Made by a program: the position numbers and the translations under genes. Of a stretch of DNA of 64,000 bases, positions 7,995 through 16,766 are shown in pieces. Position 1 is the stretch's first letter, and each line of letters begins with the position of its first letter. The notes below the pieces were generated by a model. That model was not told the DNA's origin. It ran no database searches and worked only from the letters and a program-made list of their open reading frames with translations. Origin of the DNA: Gemmatimonadota bacterium (GTDB lineage Bacteria > Gemmatimonadota > Gemmatimonadetes > Palauibacterales > Palauibacteraceae). The stretch is taken from NCBI GenBank assembly GCA_035267645.1, contig DATFLN010000086.1:2181-66180 (forward strand), written 5' to 3'.

Positions 7995-9380
7995 TCAGGC
8001 CGCCGGAGTGATGTTCTGGTTCAGGTGGAAGAGGTTGTCGGGGTCCCAGTCGGCCTTCACCCGGGCCAGCCGCTCCCAGCTCGGCCCGTAGTTCTCCCGC
8101 ACCCTGTCTTCGTCCTCGACGTCCATGAAGTTGACGTACCCGCCGTCGTAGCCCGAGTGGGGGTGGACGGCGTCGTAGTAGCCGCGCACCCAGTCGCGGT
8201 AGCGGTCGGTCTCGGCCGGGTCGAACCAGAAGCCGACGACGTTGACGGCGAAGAGGGCGTCCCGGGACCCGAAGGCGGTCTCATCGGGGCCCACGTCGGC
8301 CACCGCGCCGCCCAGCGGATAGATGTGGGTCCCCGATTGGATGTTGGGGACCTCGGAGCCGTGCTCCAGGTGCGCCGGGATCGAGGCGTCGGTCACGTCG
8401 GTGGCGAAGTCGGACTTCCAGTAGGAGTGGATGCCCGGGGGCAGCAGCTCGTCGAAGGCGCTCTGGAGCGCGGGGTAGGGGATCGGCCCCACGCCCTCCC
8501 CGATGATGCGGCCGGCGCCGCGCAGCGGGGCGAGCGCCGCATCGGCCTCGCCGGGGTCACCGGTCCAGCACGTCACGAGGAGACAGACGTTCTCGCCGTG
8601 CCGCTCCTCGGGGATGAAGGGGAGCGGAGGAGCTCGGTGGAAGCCGAAGAACGCGCTCAGCTCGCGGGGCGCCTCGGCCAGGTAGTCGCGCCAGGTCCGC
8701 AGCACGTCCCCGGCGTCGTCGAGCTCGAACACGATCGGGCCGCCGACGATCTGGCCGACGGGATGGAGCCGGAACTCGAAGGAGGTGACGACCCCGAAGT
8801 TCCCGCCGCCTCCCCGCAGGGCCCAGAACAGGTCGGGGTTCTCCTCCGGGCTCGCGGTCACCCGCCGGCCGTCCGCCGTGATGACGTCGGCCGAGATGAG
8901 GTTGTCGCAGGTGAGCCCGTAGCGGCGATTCAGGTAGCCGATGCCCCCGCCCAGCGTGAGCCCTCCGACCCCGGTCGTCGAGACGATGCCCCCGGGGACC
9001 GCCAGGCCGTAGGCGTGGGTGGCGTGGTCCAGGTCTCCGAGGGTCGCTCCGCCCCCGACCCGGGCCCGGCGCTCCTCCGGCTCGACCCGCACGTTCCGGA
9101 TGCGGGAGAGGTCGAGCACGACGCCGTCGTCGCACGTCCCGTAGCCCGGGGCGCTGTGCCCCCCTCCGCGGACGGCCAGGTCGAGCCCCGCGTCGCGGGC
9201 GAAGCGCACGACGGCCATCACGTCCCCGTCGTCGAGCGCGCCGACGACGGCGGCGGGCCGCCGGTCGTGCATGCCGTTGTAGACCGCGCGGGCCTCGTCG
9301 TAGCCCTCGTCGGAGGGCGTGAAGACCGGGCCTCTCACCCGCTGGCGGAGATCGTCGATGTCCGAAGGTCCTGGCGGCAT
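7995..9380 (-). CDS. FAD-linked oxidoreductase (BBE/6-hydroxy-D-nicotine oxidase-like)
   Basis: AVRGGGHS (covalent-FAD His), TGVGGLTLGGG, LFWALRGGGGNFGVVT, YVNF, WDPDNLF. Confidence 0.93.
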   Translation of the reverse strand: MPPGPSDIDDLRQRVRGPVFTPSDEGYDEARAVYNGMHDRRPAAVVGALDDGDVMAVVRFARDAGLDLAVRGGGHSAPGYGTCDDGVVLDLSRIRNVRVEPEERRARVGGGATLGDLDHATHAYGLAVPGGIVSTTGVGGLTLGGGIGYLNRRYGLTCDNLISADVITADGRRVTASPEENPDLFWALRGGGGNFGVVTSFEFRLHPVGQIVGGPIVFELDDAGDVLRTWRDYLAEAPRELSAFFGFHRAPPLPFIPEERHGENVCLLVTCWTGDPGEADAALAPLRGAGRIIGEGVGPIPYPALQSAFDELLPPGIHSYWKSDFATDVTDASIPAHLEHGSEVPNIQSGTHIYPLGGAVADVGPDETAFGSRDALFAVNVVGFWFDPAETDRYRDWVRGYYDAVHPHSGYDGGYVNFMDVEDEDRVRENYGPSWERLARVKADWDPDNLFHLNQNITPAA

Positions 9381-9791
9381 GGCTCACCCTTCCGGCTGGA
9401 GTCGGATTGTGGCTGGACTCGGGCCCGCCGATCGGCGGCCCACAGGTCACGAGCGCGACGCTGCGTGCGGGACCGGAGCCGCCGAAGCGCGGCGCGGACC
9501 CGACGTGTTCAGGATAGAAAGACGACGGTCGACGCACCAGTCCCGGGCGAAGACGGAGTCCGCATCGGTGGTGACTCGGGACGCGTAAGCTGCGCTCCGG
9601 GACCGCATCGCTCGTCCGCTCGGGAATCTTGCTACGCTTCTTTCCGGAAGGCTAACATGAAGGGGCGGGATCACCGGTCCGGGGGCCGCCGCGCTCGACA
9701 GCGACCTCCCCGGAGCTGGACGTGTGGGCCGGCGAGCGCGGCCTCTGGATGATCAGCCGCAACCTGCCGGACATGTAGCAGAGGAGGGCCG

Positions 9792-10031
9792 ATGTCGACC
9801 GAGGCGACCCCGACCGCATCCGAGTGGCTGAGCTCCTTCGCCGTGGCGCTGGGCGTGAGCGTGCCCGGCCCCGAGGTCGTCGACGAGATCCTGGACCTGG
9901 CCGCCGTGGCGGCGCACGCCTCGGAGCGGAAGGCGGCGCCGGTGGCCTGCTGGCTGGCGGCCGGCGCCGGGCGCTCCCCCGCCGAGGCGCTCGAGGTGGC
10001 CCGGGAGCTGGAGGAGGGCCCCCGGGACTGA
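9792..10031 (+). CDS. DUF6457-like small protein
   Basis: ILDLAAVAAHASERKAAPVACWLAA; GGAGG RBS. Confidence 0.7.
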   Translation: MSTEATPTASEWLSSFAVALGVSVPGPEVVDEILDLAAVAAHASERKAAPVACWLAAGAGRSPAEALEVARELEEGPRD

Positions 10032-10044
10032 GGGACGGCCGGCC

Positions 10045-11295
10045 CTACTTGCAGTTGTTTCCGTTCGGCCCCTTCGGGACGCAGTCGCCTCCGCCGCCTC
10101 CGTCACCCCCGCCGCCCGACGACGCCGGCATCCAGAGCGCGGCGGCACGCGCACGCCGCCGCGTATCCACGATCCTTCCGACGACCCAGCCGTCGACGTT
10201 GACGGCGGCGGCCACGCTCGTCCCGTGCTTCCCGCTGGGGAGGGTGACGGGCCCGCTCACGGTCCCATCCAGGCTCACCGACCACACCACGGCCGTCGTG
10301 TCGCCGCCGCTCCCCACACCGAGGTCGCTCACTCCGGCCACCTGCGCCGGATGTCCCGGGGCCGGATCCGAGATGCCGAAGGCGGCGGCCTGCGCATCAC
10401 CCGGAAGAGGATCGAGCCCGACTACCGCTCCGTCCGGCTGCAGCACCTCAGCGTGCCAGTCGATCGCGGTCCCGGCCAGCTGGCCGGCGTCGTTGAGCTC
10501 GAAGCCCTCGAATCCGGGAGCAGGACCCAGGATCTCCGGCCCGGAGATCGAGCCGTCGCCGCCGACGGTCCAGCCCACCGGCGTGCAATACTCCGGGTAG
10601 GTTCCGCCTTCGGGCATCATGAGCACGACCACGTTGCCGGCATCATCGATGTGAGTCCGCCCGTACACCTCCGGGTAGCCGGGAGGAAGATCCAGGAGGG
10701 TCGGATCGGCGGCCGGATCGAAGGGATCGAGCCACACGACCGGGCGGTCGGCCATCCCGGATGCGTCGTCGAAGTACGCCGTGCCGGACACCACGCCGCA
10801 GCCGCTGATCGCCCACGGGGAGGTCTCGGCGGCGGCGCCGACGCCCGAGAGCTCGACCAGGTCGCCGGTCACGATGTCATACACGAAGCCCGTGGCGCCA
10901 CCGGCAACCAGGGTCCTCACGACCACCTGCCCGGCGTCGTTCACTCGCACGGCGGACGAAGGCCCCGGCACGCCGATGTCCACGGGACCGGTCACGCCGC
11001 CCGCGGCGTCCACGGTCCAGTACGACGCCCTCTCGACGCCGTCGGAGGCCACGTAGTACCCGACGATTATGCCGACGTCGTTGAGCCCCTCGGCGCCGCT
11101 GCCGTCGCCGGCCAGGCGCACCACGTCGTAGTCCCCGACCGACCCGCCCGAGCCGCCGCGCCCCCCACCGCCGGGCGCCCACCGGGGCGCGAGGGGCGAG
11201 GCGACCCCGACGGTCGTGGTCCCGGGCTCCCCGCACGCGGCGAGGCCGAGGACAGCGAGGGCGAGCGCGATGGACCGGCTGGCGCGTGCGAGCAT
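10045..11295 (-). CDS. Lipoprotein with HAF-type extracellular repeats
   Basis: Lipobox LAAC; repeated A-x-x-(L/I/V)N-D-x-G-x-(I/V)VG units (GLNDVGIIVG, VNDAGQVVV, LNDAGQLAG, VNVDGWVVG); Gly-rich tail CVPKGPNGNNCK; GGAGG RBS. Confidence 0.8.
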   Translation of the reverse strand: MLARASRSIALALAVLGLAACGEPGTTTVGVASPLAPRWAPGGGGRGGSGGSVGDYDVVRLAGDGSGAEGLNDVGIIVGYYVASDGVERASYWTVDAAGGVTGPVDIGVPGPSSAVRVNDAGQVVVRTLVAGGATGFVYDIVTGDLVELSGVGAAAETSPWAISGCGVVSGTAYFDDASGMADRPVVWLDPFDPAADPTLLDLPPGYPEVYGRTHIDDAGNVVVLMMPEGGTYPEYCTPVGWTVGGDGSISGPEILGPAPGFEGFELNDAGQLAGTAIDWHAEVLQPDGAVVGLDPLPGDAQAAAFGISDPAPGHPAQVAGVSDLGVGSGGDTTAVVWSVSLDGTVSGPVTLPSGKHGTSVAAAVNVDGWVVGRIVDTRRRARAAALWMPASSGGGGDGGGGGDCVPKGPNGNNCK

Positions 11296-11951
11296 GGCAG
11301 AACCTCCGCGTCGTGGTGACCGGTGACGTCCCGTCGGGCGGGTCTCCACCTGCGGAGCCGCCGCCAGTCGCGCTCGACGGTGCGGGGCGAGACGTCCAGG
11401 ACGGCCGCCGTGTCCCGGACCGACATCCCCCCGTAGAACCGGCACTCGACCACCCGGGCCAGGCGCTCCGACCTGTCCTCCAGGCGCGAGAGCGCCTCCT
11501 CCAGGGCGAGCACCTCCAGGACCGGCACCTCGGCGGTCGCGGCGTCCGGCGTCAGCGTGAGCTCCACCCTCCCGCCTCCGAGCTCGGCGGCGTTCCGCGT
11601 CCGGGCGTGGTCGACCAGGACGTGGCGCATGACCCGGCTGGCCACGGCGAAGAAGTGGGCGCGGTCCCGCCATTCGAGCTCCTCGGTCCCGGCCAGGCGG
11701 AGGTACGCCTCGTGGACCAGGGCGGTCGTGCGCAGCGTGTGCCCTTCCCGCTCGAGCTCGAGGCGGTTGTGGGCGATGCGCTTGAGGTCCCGGTAGACGA
11801 GCTCGAGGAGACCCTCGGGGGCGTCGCCGTCTCCCTCCGACCAGGCGCTCAGGAGACGGGTGATCTCCTCCCGTCCGGATCCGGACGGCGCGTCGCGCTC
11901 TTCGGAGGACCGGCGGGGCGAGTCCACGGTCGGATCCCTCTCCTGGGGCAC
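11067..11951 (-). CDS. ECF sigma factor, TIGR02999-type; aberrant C-terminus reading into the next gene
   Basis: EITRLLSAW, HTLRTTALVHEAYLRL, RAHFFAVASRVMRHVLVDHAR, CRFYGGMS...VSPRTVERDW; no stop before the downstream ATG at 11295. Confidence 0.75.
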   Translation of the reverse strand: MPQERDPTVDSPRRSSEERDAPSGSGREEITRLLSAWSEGDGDAPEGLLELVYRDLKRIAHNRLELEREGHTLRTTALVHEAYLRLAGTEELEWRDRAHFFAVASRVMRHVLVDHARTRNAAELGGGRVELTLTPDAATAEVPVLEVLALEEALSRLEDRSERLARVVECRFYGGMSVRDTAAVLDVSPRTVERDWRRLRRWRPARRDVTGHHDAEVLPCSHAPAGPSRSPSLSSASPRAGSPGPRPSGSPRPSRPGGRPAVGGAAARAGRSGTTTWCAWPATAAAPRGSTTSA

Positions 11952-11971
11952 GGGTCACGGGGGCCAAGGAC

Positions 11972-11984
11972 TTCCAACTTGGAA
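11972..11984. promoter_or_regulatory. 13-bp perfect palindrome in divergent intergenic region
   Basis: TTCCAA-C-TTGGAA in an AT-rich patch between the ECF sigma and serine-hydrolase genes. Confidence 0.35.
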
Positions 11985-12223
11985 AATTAGGCCGTGCAGC
12001 CGGCTCCGTTGACAGCCGCCGGTGTGGAGACGGATCCGTCCACGGCCGCTCGTCGACAGCCGGCGGCGCGTCGCCGCGCACTCCCGCCGCGTGCTCCCTT
12101 GTCGTCCCGGCCTCGGTCTCCCAGTTCGGCGCTTCTTTCGCGGGCGGTCCGACCCGCCCGCGGTCCCCGCGCCTTCGGCCGGGGGCGCCCGAGCCCCGAT
12201 CCTCGACCCGGGAATCCGGAATC

Positions 12224-13681
12224 ATGCGCCGCGCCCCGATCCTCCTCGCCGTCCTGGCCGCCGCCGGCCTCCTCGCGCGCGGCGCCGCCGCGCAATCGGC
12301 CGCCGTGCGCTTCCCCGACACCGGGCCCGGCCGGCTCCTGGAGGAGTACGTGGAGCTGTGCGACGCGCCCTCGCTGGAGGCGTTCTCGGCATGGGATTCG
12401 GCGCACATCGCCCCGGCCATCCTCGAGCGCCAGAGCCTGCGGTCGATCGCCGAGGACGACGTCCGGCAGTGCCGGGACAACGGGGGCTTCGAGCCGCGGC
12501 GCATCGAGACGGACGAGCCGTCCCGGGTGGACCTCCTCGCGATCGGGAAGCGCTCGGGCCTGTGGACGCGGCTCACGCTGGGCGTGGACTCGGCCGGTGC
12601 GATCCGGCAGCTCGGCATCTTCCCCGCCCTACCGCCCGAGTCCACGCTCCCGGAGGTCCCGGACGACGCCGCGCTCGCCCGAGCCCTCCGCGAGAAGGTG
12701 CGCCGACTCTCGGAGGCCGGGATGTTCTCCGGGATCGTCGAGATCGCGCGCGGCGGGAAGGTCATCGCTGTCGCGACCGGGGGGTGGGCCGACCGGGAGG
12801 CCCGGACGCCGATCACGGGCTCGAGCCGGTTCACCATCGGCCCGATGGGGAAGATGTTCACGGCCGTCGCCGTCGGGCAGCTCGTCGACCGGGGCGAGCT
12901 GAGCTTCGCGGACACGGTGGACAAGTTGTTCCCCGACTACCCGAACGAGACCGTGCGGCACCAGGTCACGGTGGGCATGCTCCTCTCCCACACGTCGGGC
13001 ATGGGCGACTTCCAGGCCAGGCGCACGCCCGAGATGCTCGAGCACGGCGTCGAGCGGGCCAGCGAGTTCATGCCGCTCTACGAGAGCGACTCGCTGAAGT
13101 TCGCGCCCGGCACGGACTGGGCCTACAGCAACGCGGGCCTCGCGCTCGCGGGCGCGATCGTGGAGAAGGTCGCCGGCCAGCCGTACCCCGGGTACCTCCG
13201 CGAGCACGTCTTCGCCCCCGCCGGGATGACCGGCAGCGACCCCAACAACGTCCCGCACGCCGACTCCGCGCTGGTGACGCCCTACACGCGCTTCTCACCG
13301 AAGGGACCGCCCGGAGACAGCCTGCACGAGGCCGAGCACGACATCGGGAGCCCCGCGGGCGGAGCGATCTCCACGGCCGACGACCTCGTGCGCTTCGCCG
13401 GGGCCCTCCGGAGCGGCGAGCTCGTGAGCCCGACCACCTTCCGGGAGATGACCCGGCCGCACGGCAACCCGGGCTACGGCTACGCCATGGAGATCCACGA
13501 GGTGTACGGACGCACCGTGGTGGGCCACGGCGGCGGCTTCCCGGGAGTGAGCACCCACCTGGACCTCGTGACCGGCTCCCCCTACACCGTGGTCGTGCTC
13601 TCCAACCTGGACCCGCCCGCCGAGGCCCGCATCAGCAGGTACGCGGTGGCCCTCGCGGTGGAGAAGGCGAAGAGGGAGTAG
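12224..13681 (+). CDS. Secreted beta-lactamase/serine-hydrolase family protein (SxxK serine replaced by Pro)
   Basis: Signal peptide; FTIGPMGKMFTA, LLSHTSG, PG..WAYSN, GHGGGFPG. Confidence 0.85.
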   Translation: MRRAPILLAVLAAAGLLARGAAAQSAAVRFPDTGPGRLLEEYVELCDAPSLEAFSAWDSAHIAPAILERQSLRSIAEDDVRQCRDNGGFEPRRIETDEPSRVDLLAIGKRSGLWTRLTLGVDSAGAIRQLGIFPALPPESTLPEVPDDAALARALREKVRRLSEAGMFSGIVEIARGGKVIAVATGGWADREARTPITGSSRFTIGPMGKMFTAVAVGQLVDRGELSFADTVDKLFPDYPNETVRHQVTVGMLLSHTSGMGDFQARRTPEMLEHGVERASEFMPLYESDSLKFAPGTDWAYSNAGLALAGAIVEKVAGQPYPGYLREHVFAPAGMTGSDPNNVPHADSALVTPYTRFSPKGPPGDSLHEAEHDIGSPAGGAISTADDLVRFAGALRSGELVSPTTFREMTRPHGNPGYGYAMEIHEVYGRTVVGHGGGFPGVSTHLDLVTGSPYTVVVLSNLDPPAEARISRYAVALAVEKAKRE

Positions 13682-13699
13682 GGGTCGGGAGCAGCCGCC

Positions 13700-14431
13700 T
13701 CAGGTGAACACCCCCAGCGCGTCCACGAGGATGTGCGCTCCGGCCGGCACCGCGAGGTTCCGGCGCCACACGTAGGCCCCCGCCAGGACGAGCGCCGAAA
13801 GCGCCTGTCCGACGCCGGTGGCCAGGCCCCAGTAGGGAACGTGAAGGCCCACGAACACCGCGGTCGAGACCACCACCGCCAGCGTGGTGCTCCCCGTCAC
13901 GGCCTCGATCGCCTCGATCGCGTACGCGCGGTAGAGCAGCTCCTCGGTGATCCCGGCCGTCACGACGACGAACACCTTCTGTAGGAAGGGGAGGCTCCGG
14001 AGGAAGGTCAGGGTGGAGAGGTCGGGCTCGGTGCCCAGCGCACCGAGGAGGGCGCCGGCCAGGACGCTGCCCGCCAGGACGGCCGCCACCCCGGTGAGCA
14101 CGGCCAGGCCGAGGTCCTTCCACCGCGGCACCTCGATGCCGATCCAGGAGACGGGTTTCCCCTGCCCATAGCGGAGGATGAGGAGGACCGCCCCCGTCTG
14201 CGCCCACTTGACGGCATCGCCCAGCCAGCGCCCGGTGGTGCTCAGCTGCTCCGGCCCTCCCTGCAGGAGGTCGAAGACGGCGAGCGTGCCGAACACCACG
14301 GCGAGCCCCGCCAGCGCGCCCCCCATCTCCCGCCGGGAGAGGTCCCGGCCGAGCTGGCCGGCATCGGATCCGTCGCCGGACGCCGCTGCGGACCCGACGC
14401 GGGATCCGGGATCGGATGCCTCGCCGCTCAC
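13700..14431 (-). CDS. CPBP/Abi (CAAX protease-like) intramembrane metalloprotease
   Basis: EELLYR, FVGLH, H-x-x-x-D (HILVD) motifs; multiple TM segments. Confidence 0.88.
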   Translation of the reverse strand: MSGEASDPGSRVGSAAASGDGSDAGQLGRDLSRREMGGALAGLAVVFGTLAVFDLLQGGPEQLSTTGRWLGDAVKWAQTGAVLLILRYGQGKPVSWIGIEVPRWKDLGLAVLTGVAAVLAGSVLAGALLGALGTEPDLSTLTFLRSLPFLQKVFVVVTAGITEELLYRAYAIEAIEAVTGSTTLAVVVSTAVFVGLHVPYWGLATGVGQALSALVLAGAYVWRRNLAVPAGAHILVDALGVFT

Positions 14432-15512
14432 GAGCCCTCGCGGTCCGACCGCTCCGCCCCTTCGGGCCGGACGAACTGGCCGCGGGTCGGCTCCACTAGC
14501 CCGACGTGCTCACCGTCGGCACGGTAGTCCGTGAACGGGGCCGGCAGCCCCGCCGCCCGGCCGAGCTCGGGCCCGTCCTGGAGCTGGTAGTGGACGTGGG
14601 GCTCCGAGCTGTGCCCCGTGTTCCCGCACTCGCCGATCCGCCGACCGCGCTCGACGCTGTCGCCCGCCTCCACGGCCACCGATCCGTGCCGCAGGTGGGC
14701 GAGGACCGAATATTCTCCCCCGCCGTGCGCGATCACGACGTGGTTCCCGAAGATCGCCTCCCGGTTCATCTCTCCCGGCGTGTTCTCGTGCACCGAGTCG
14801 ACCGCCTCGGTCACCCGGCCCGCGGCGGGGGCCAGGACCGGCTCGCCGAAGCAGTAGTAGTCCCCGTTCGAGGTGCCGTCCCCCTCGTGGCTCCTCCCGT
14901 CCTTCAGCACGATGAAGTCGTAGGCGAAGCGCTGGCCGCGGGCCCGGACGTGGTAGTTCTGCTCGGGCCTGCGCCCGCCCCAGGCCACGTACCAGCGGCC
15001 GCGGAACGGCAGAGCGAGTCGGTCCGCGTCCGGTAGTCCTCGTGGCCCGTCCGGGCGGGCCGGGGCGTGACATGGACGCCCACCAGGACCACCGCGCCGT
15101 CCCCTCGCCACGCCCAGTGCGTGGTGATCGTGCGGCCCGGGGCCTTCGAGAAGCGGGAGATCCGGTAGTAGTGGACCGCGATCCGGTCGGTGTAGACGGC
15201 CTCCCTGACCACCTCCCGCTCGCTCCCCAGCTGCCGGTCCACCTTGCGGGCCAGCGTCCGGACGCCCTCGGTCCCGCCGAGCTCCTCCTGGTACGCCGGG
15301 GCGATGAGGGCGCTCAGCGTGTCCGCCCGTCCGTCCATCAGCCACCCGCTGAGCCTCCGGCCCCGCCGGATGGCGCGTGCGCTGTCGGGATCCGTCGCGG
15401 CCGAGGCTCCGTCCGGGACCCCGGGCAGCAGACCCCCGCCCGGGACCGCCGCCAGCAAACCTCCGCCGGGGACCGCCGCCAGCAGGGCCAGCGCCGAGGC
15501 CAGAGCCGTCAT
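14428..15512 (-). pseudogene. M23 family metallopeptidase with N-terminal domain, split by a 1-bp frameshift near 15018
   Basis: Frame 1 ends ...YRTRTD; frame 2 continues LALPFRGRWYV...AYDF...GNHVVI...LAHL...GNTGHSSEPHVHYQL; GACTC where GACCTC would restore the frame. Confidence 0.8.
15431..15484. repeat. 27-bp tandem duplication in the M23 signal region
   Basis: Encodes LLAAVPGGG twice plus a degenerate third unit LLPGVPDG. Confidence 0.7.
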
Positions 15513-15514
15513 CC

Positions 15515-16102
15515 TCACGCCCCCTCCAGCTCCCGAAGGAGGGCGGCCAGACGCTCCCGGCGCGGCCGCAGGTCGTTTCGGACGAGGCGCCGGTTGATCC
15601 GGAGGACCCAGACCGAGACGACCCCGATCAGCGTCAGGGTGAGAGCCGTGGCCCAGAGCGCGCTCCCCAGGCCCGCCACGAACAGCACCGAGCCCGCCAC
15701 GAGGGGCGCCAGGTACCACCATAGCACCGTCTCGTGGAGCTCGAGCTGTCGCTCCACGTCGCCCAGGGACCGGCGCAGCCGGTCGGCGACCGGGCGGCCC
15801 TCCGCTTCGGGCTCCGGATCGGGCCGGGCCCGGCGGAGCTTCCAGATGACCAGGAGCGCTCCCGCGATCACGATCGCGGCGCCCGCCCGGGTCAGCGTCG
15901 AGGCGGCGGTCACGGCCTCGTACCCGAACGCCAGGACCACGAAGACCGCGGCTCCGATCTCGCGGAGGTCGCGCCGGCGGATCCGGCGGTCGAACGCCTC
16001 GGAGCTGGCCTTGACCCGCTCCAGGAGCTCCTCCCCGTCCGGGAGGCCCTCCGGCCCCGAACCGATTTCCGACCACGCCTTCCTGTGCTCGTCCAGACTC
16101 AT
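15515..16102 (-). CDS. Membrane protein, probable anti-sigma factor
   Basis: 4 TM segments, WWYLAP motif, ATGA overlap with upstream ECF sigma. Confidence 0.7.
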   Translation of the reverse strand: MSLDEHRKAWSEIGSGPEGLPDGEELLERVKASSEAFDRRIRRRDLREIGAAVFVVLAFGYEAVTAASTLTRAGAAIVIAGALLVIWKLRRARPDPEPEAEGRPVADRLRRSLGDVERQLELHETVLWWYLAPLVAGSVLFVAGLGSALWATALTLTLIGVVSVWVLRINRRLVRNDLRPRRERLAALLRELEGA

Positions 16103-16608
16103 TGGTCGTCCTCCTTCACCATCTTCGACAGCTTCTTCTTGATCCGGTGGAGCTTCACGCCCACGTGGTTCTGGCTGATGCCCAGGATCTCGGACATCTC
16201 CGCGTAGCTCTTCTCCTCCAGGTAGAGGAGGGCGAGCGCGCGCTCGCCCTCGCCCAGCCGGTCGATCGCCGAGTGCAGGCGCTCGATCCGGCGGTGGTCC
16301 TCGAACCGCTCCTCGGGGCCGACGAAGCCCCGGTCGCGGAGCGGATCGTCCGGGTCCAGCGTCGCCTCGCTGCGGCGATCCCGCCGGCGGCGGCGCTGGA
16401 GCGCGGTGTTGAGCGCGACCCGGTAGAGCCAGGTGCCGGGCTCCGAGCGCCCCTCGAAGGAGGGGAGGGAGCGCCACACCTGGAGCAGCATCTCCTGGTA
16501 GAGGTCCCGCGCCGCCTCGGCGTCCCGGGCGTAGACCCGGCACAGCCGCCGCATGCGGCCGCGGTTCTCCTCCACCAGTTGGAGATACCTGTCCTCGAGA
16601 TCGCTCAT
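16099..16608 (-). CDS. ECF RNA polymerase sigma factor
   Basis: DLYQEMLLQVWRSLPSFEGRS..TWLYRVALNTAL; SYAEMSEILGISQNHVGVKLHRIKKKL. Confidence 0.92.
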   Translation of the reverse strand: MSDLEDRYLQLVEENRGRMRRLCRVYARDAEAARDLYQEMLLQVWRSLPSFEGRSEPGTWLYRVALNTALQRRRRRDRRSEATLDPDDPLRDRGFVGPEERFEDHRRIERLHSAIDRLGEGERALALLYLEEKSYAEMSEILGISQNHVGVKLHRIKKKLSKMVKEDDQ

Positions 16609-16766
16609 GGTCTCCCCTGATCGGGGCGCGGGCCGCGCCTCACGGCCCCTCGCGTCGAAACTCCGTGGGACTTGGTTGCGAGGGTCGGGGCGATCTTACA
16701 TGCGGAAGACGGACGGAAGGGATGCGGCACGTGCGCTCGACCGCCGAAGGGGCGGCCCGGGGGACC

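Noticed and set aside
10045-12924. 959-aa minus-strand ORF in the track
   Set aside because: Only the part from 11295 (RBS, lipobox, HAF repeats) is protein-like; the rest is a shadow of the sigma and serine-hydrolase genes
16674-16700. Possible autoregulatory ECF promoter (minus strand TGTAAG...CAACC) upstream of the 16099-16608 sigma
   Set aside because: Single instance and I cannot match it to a known consensus with confidence
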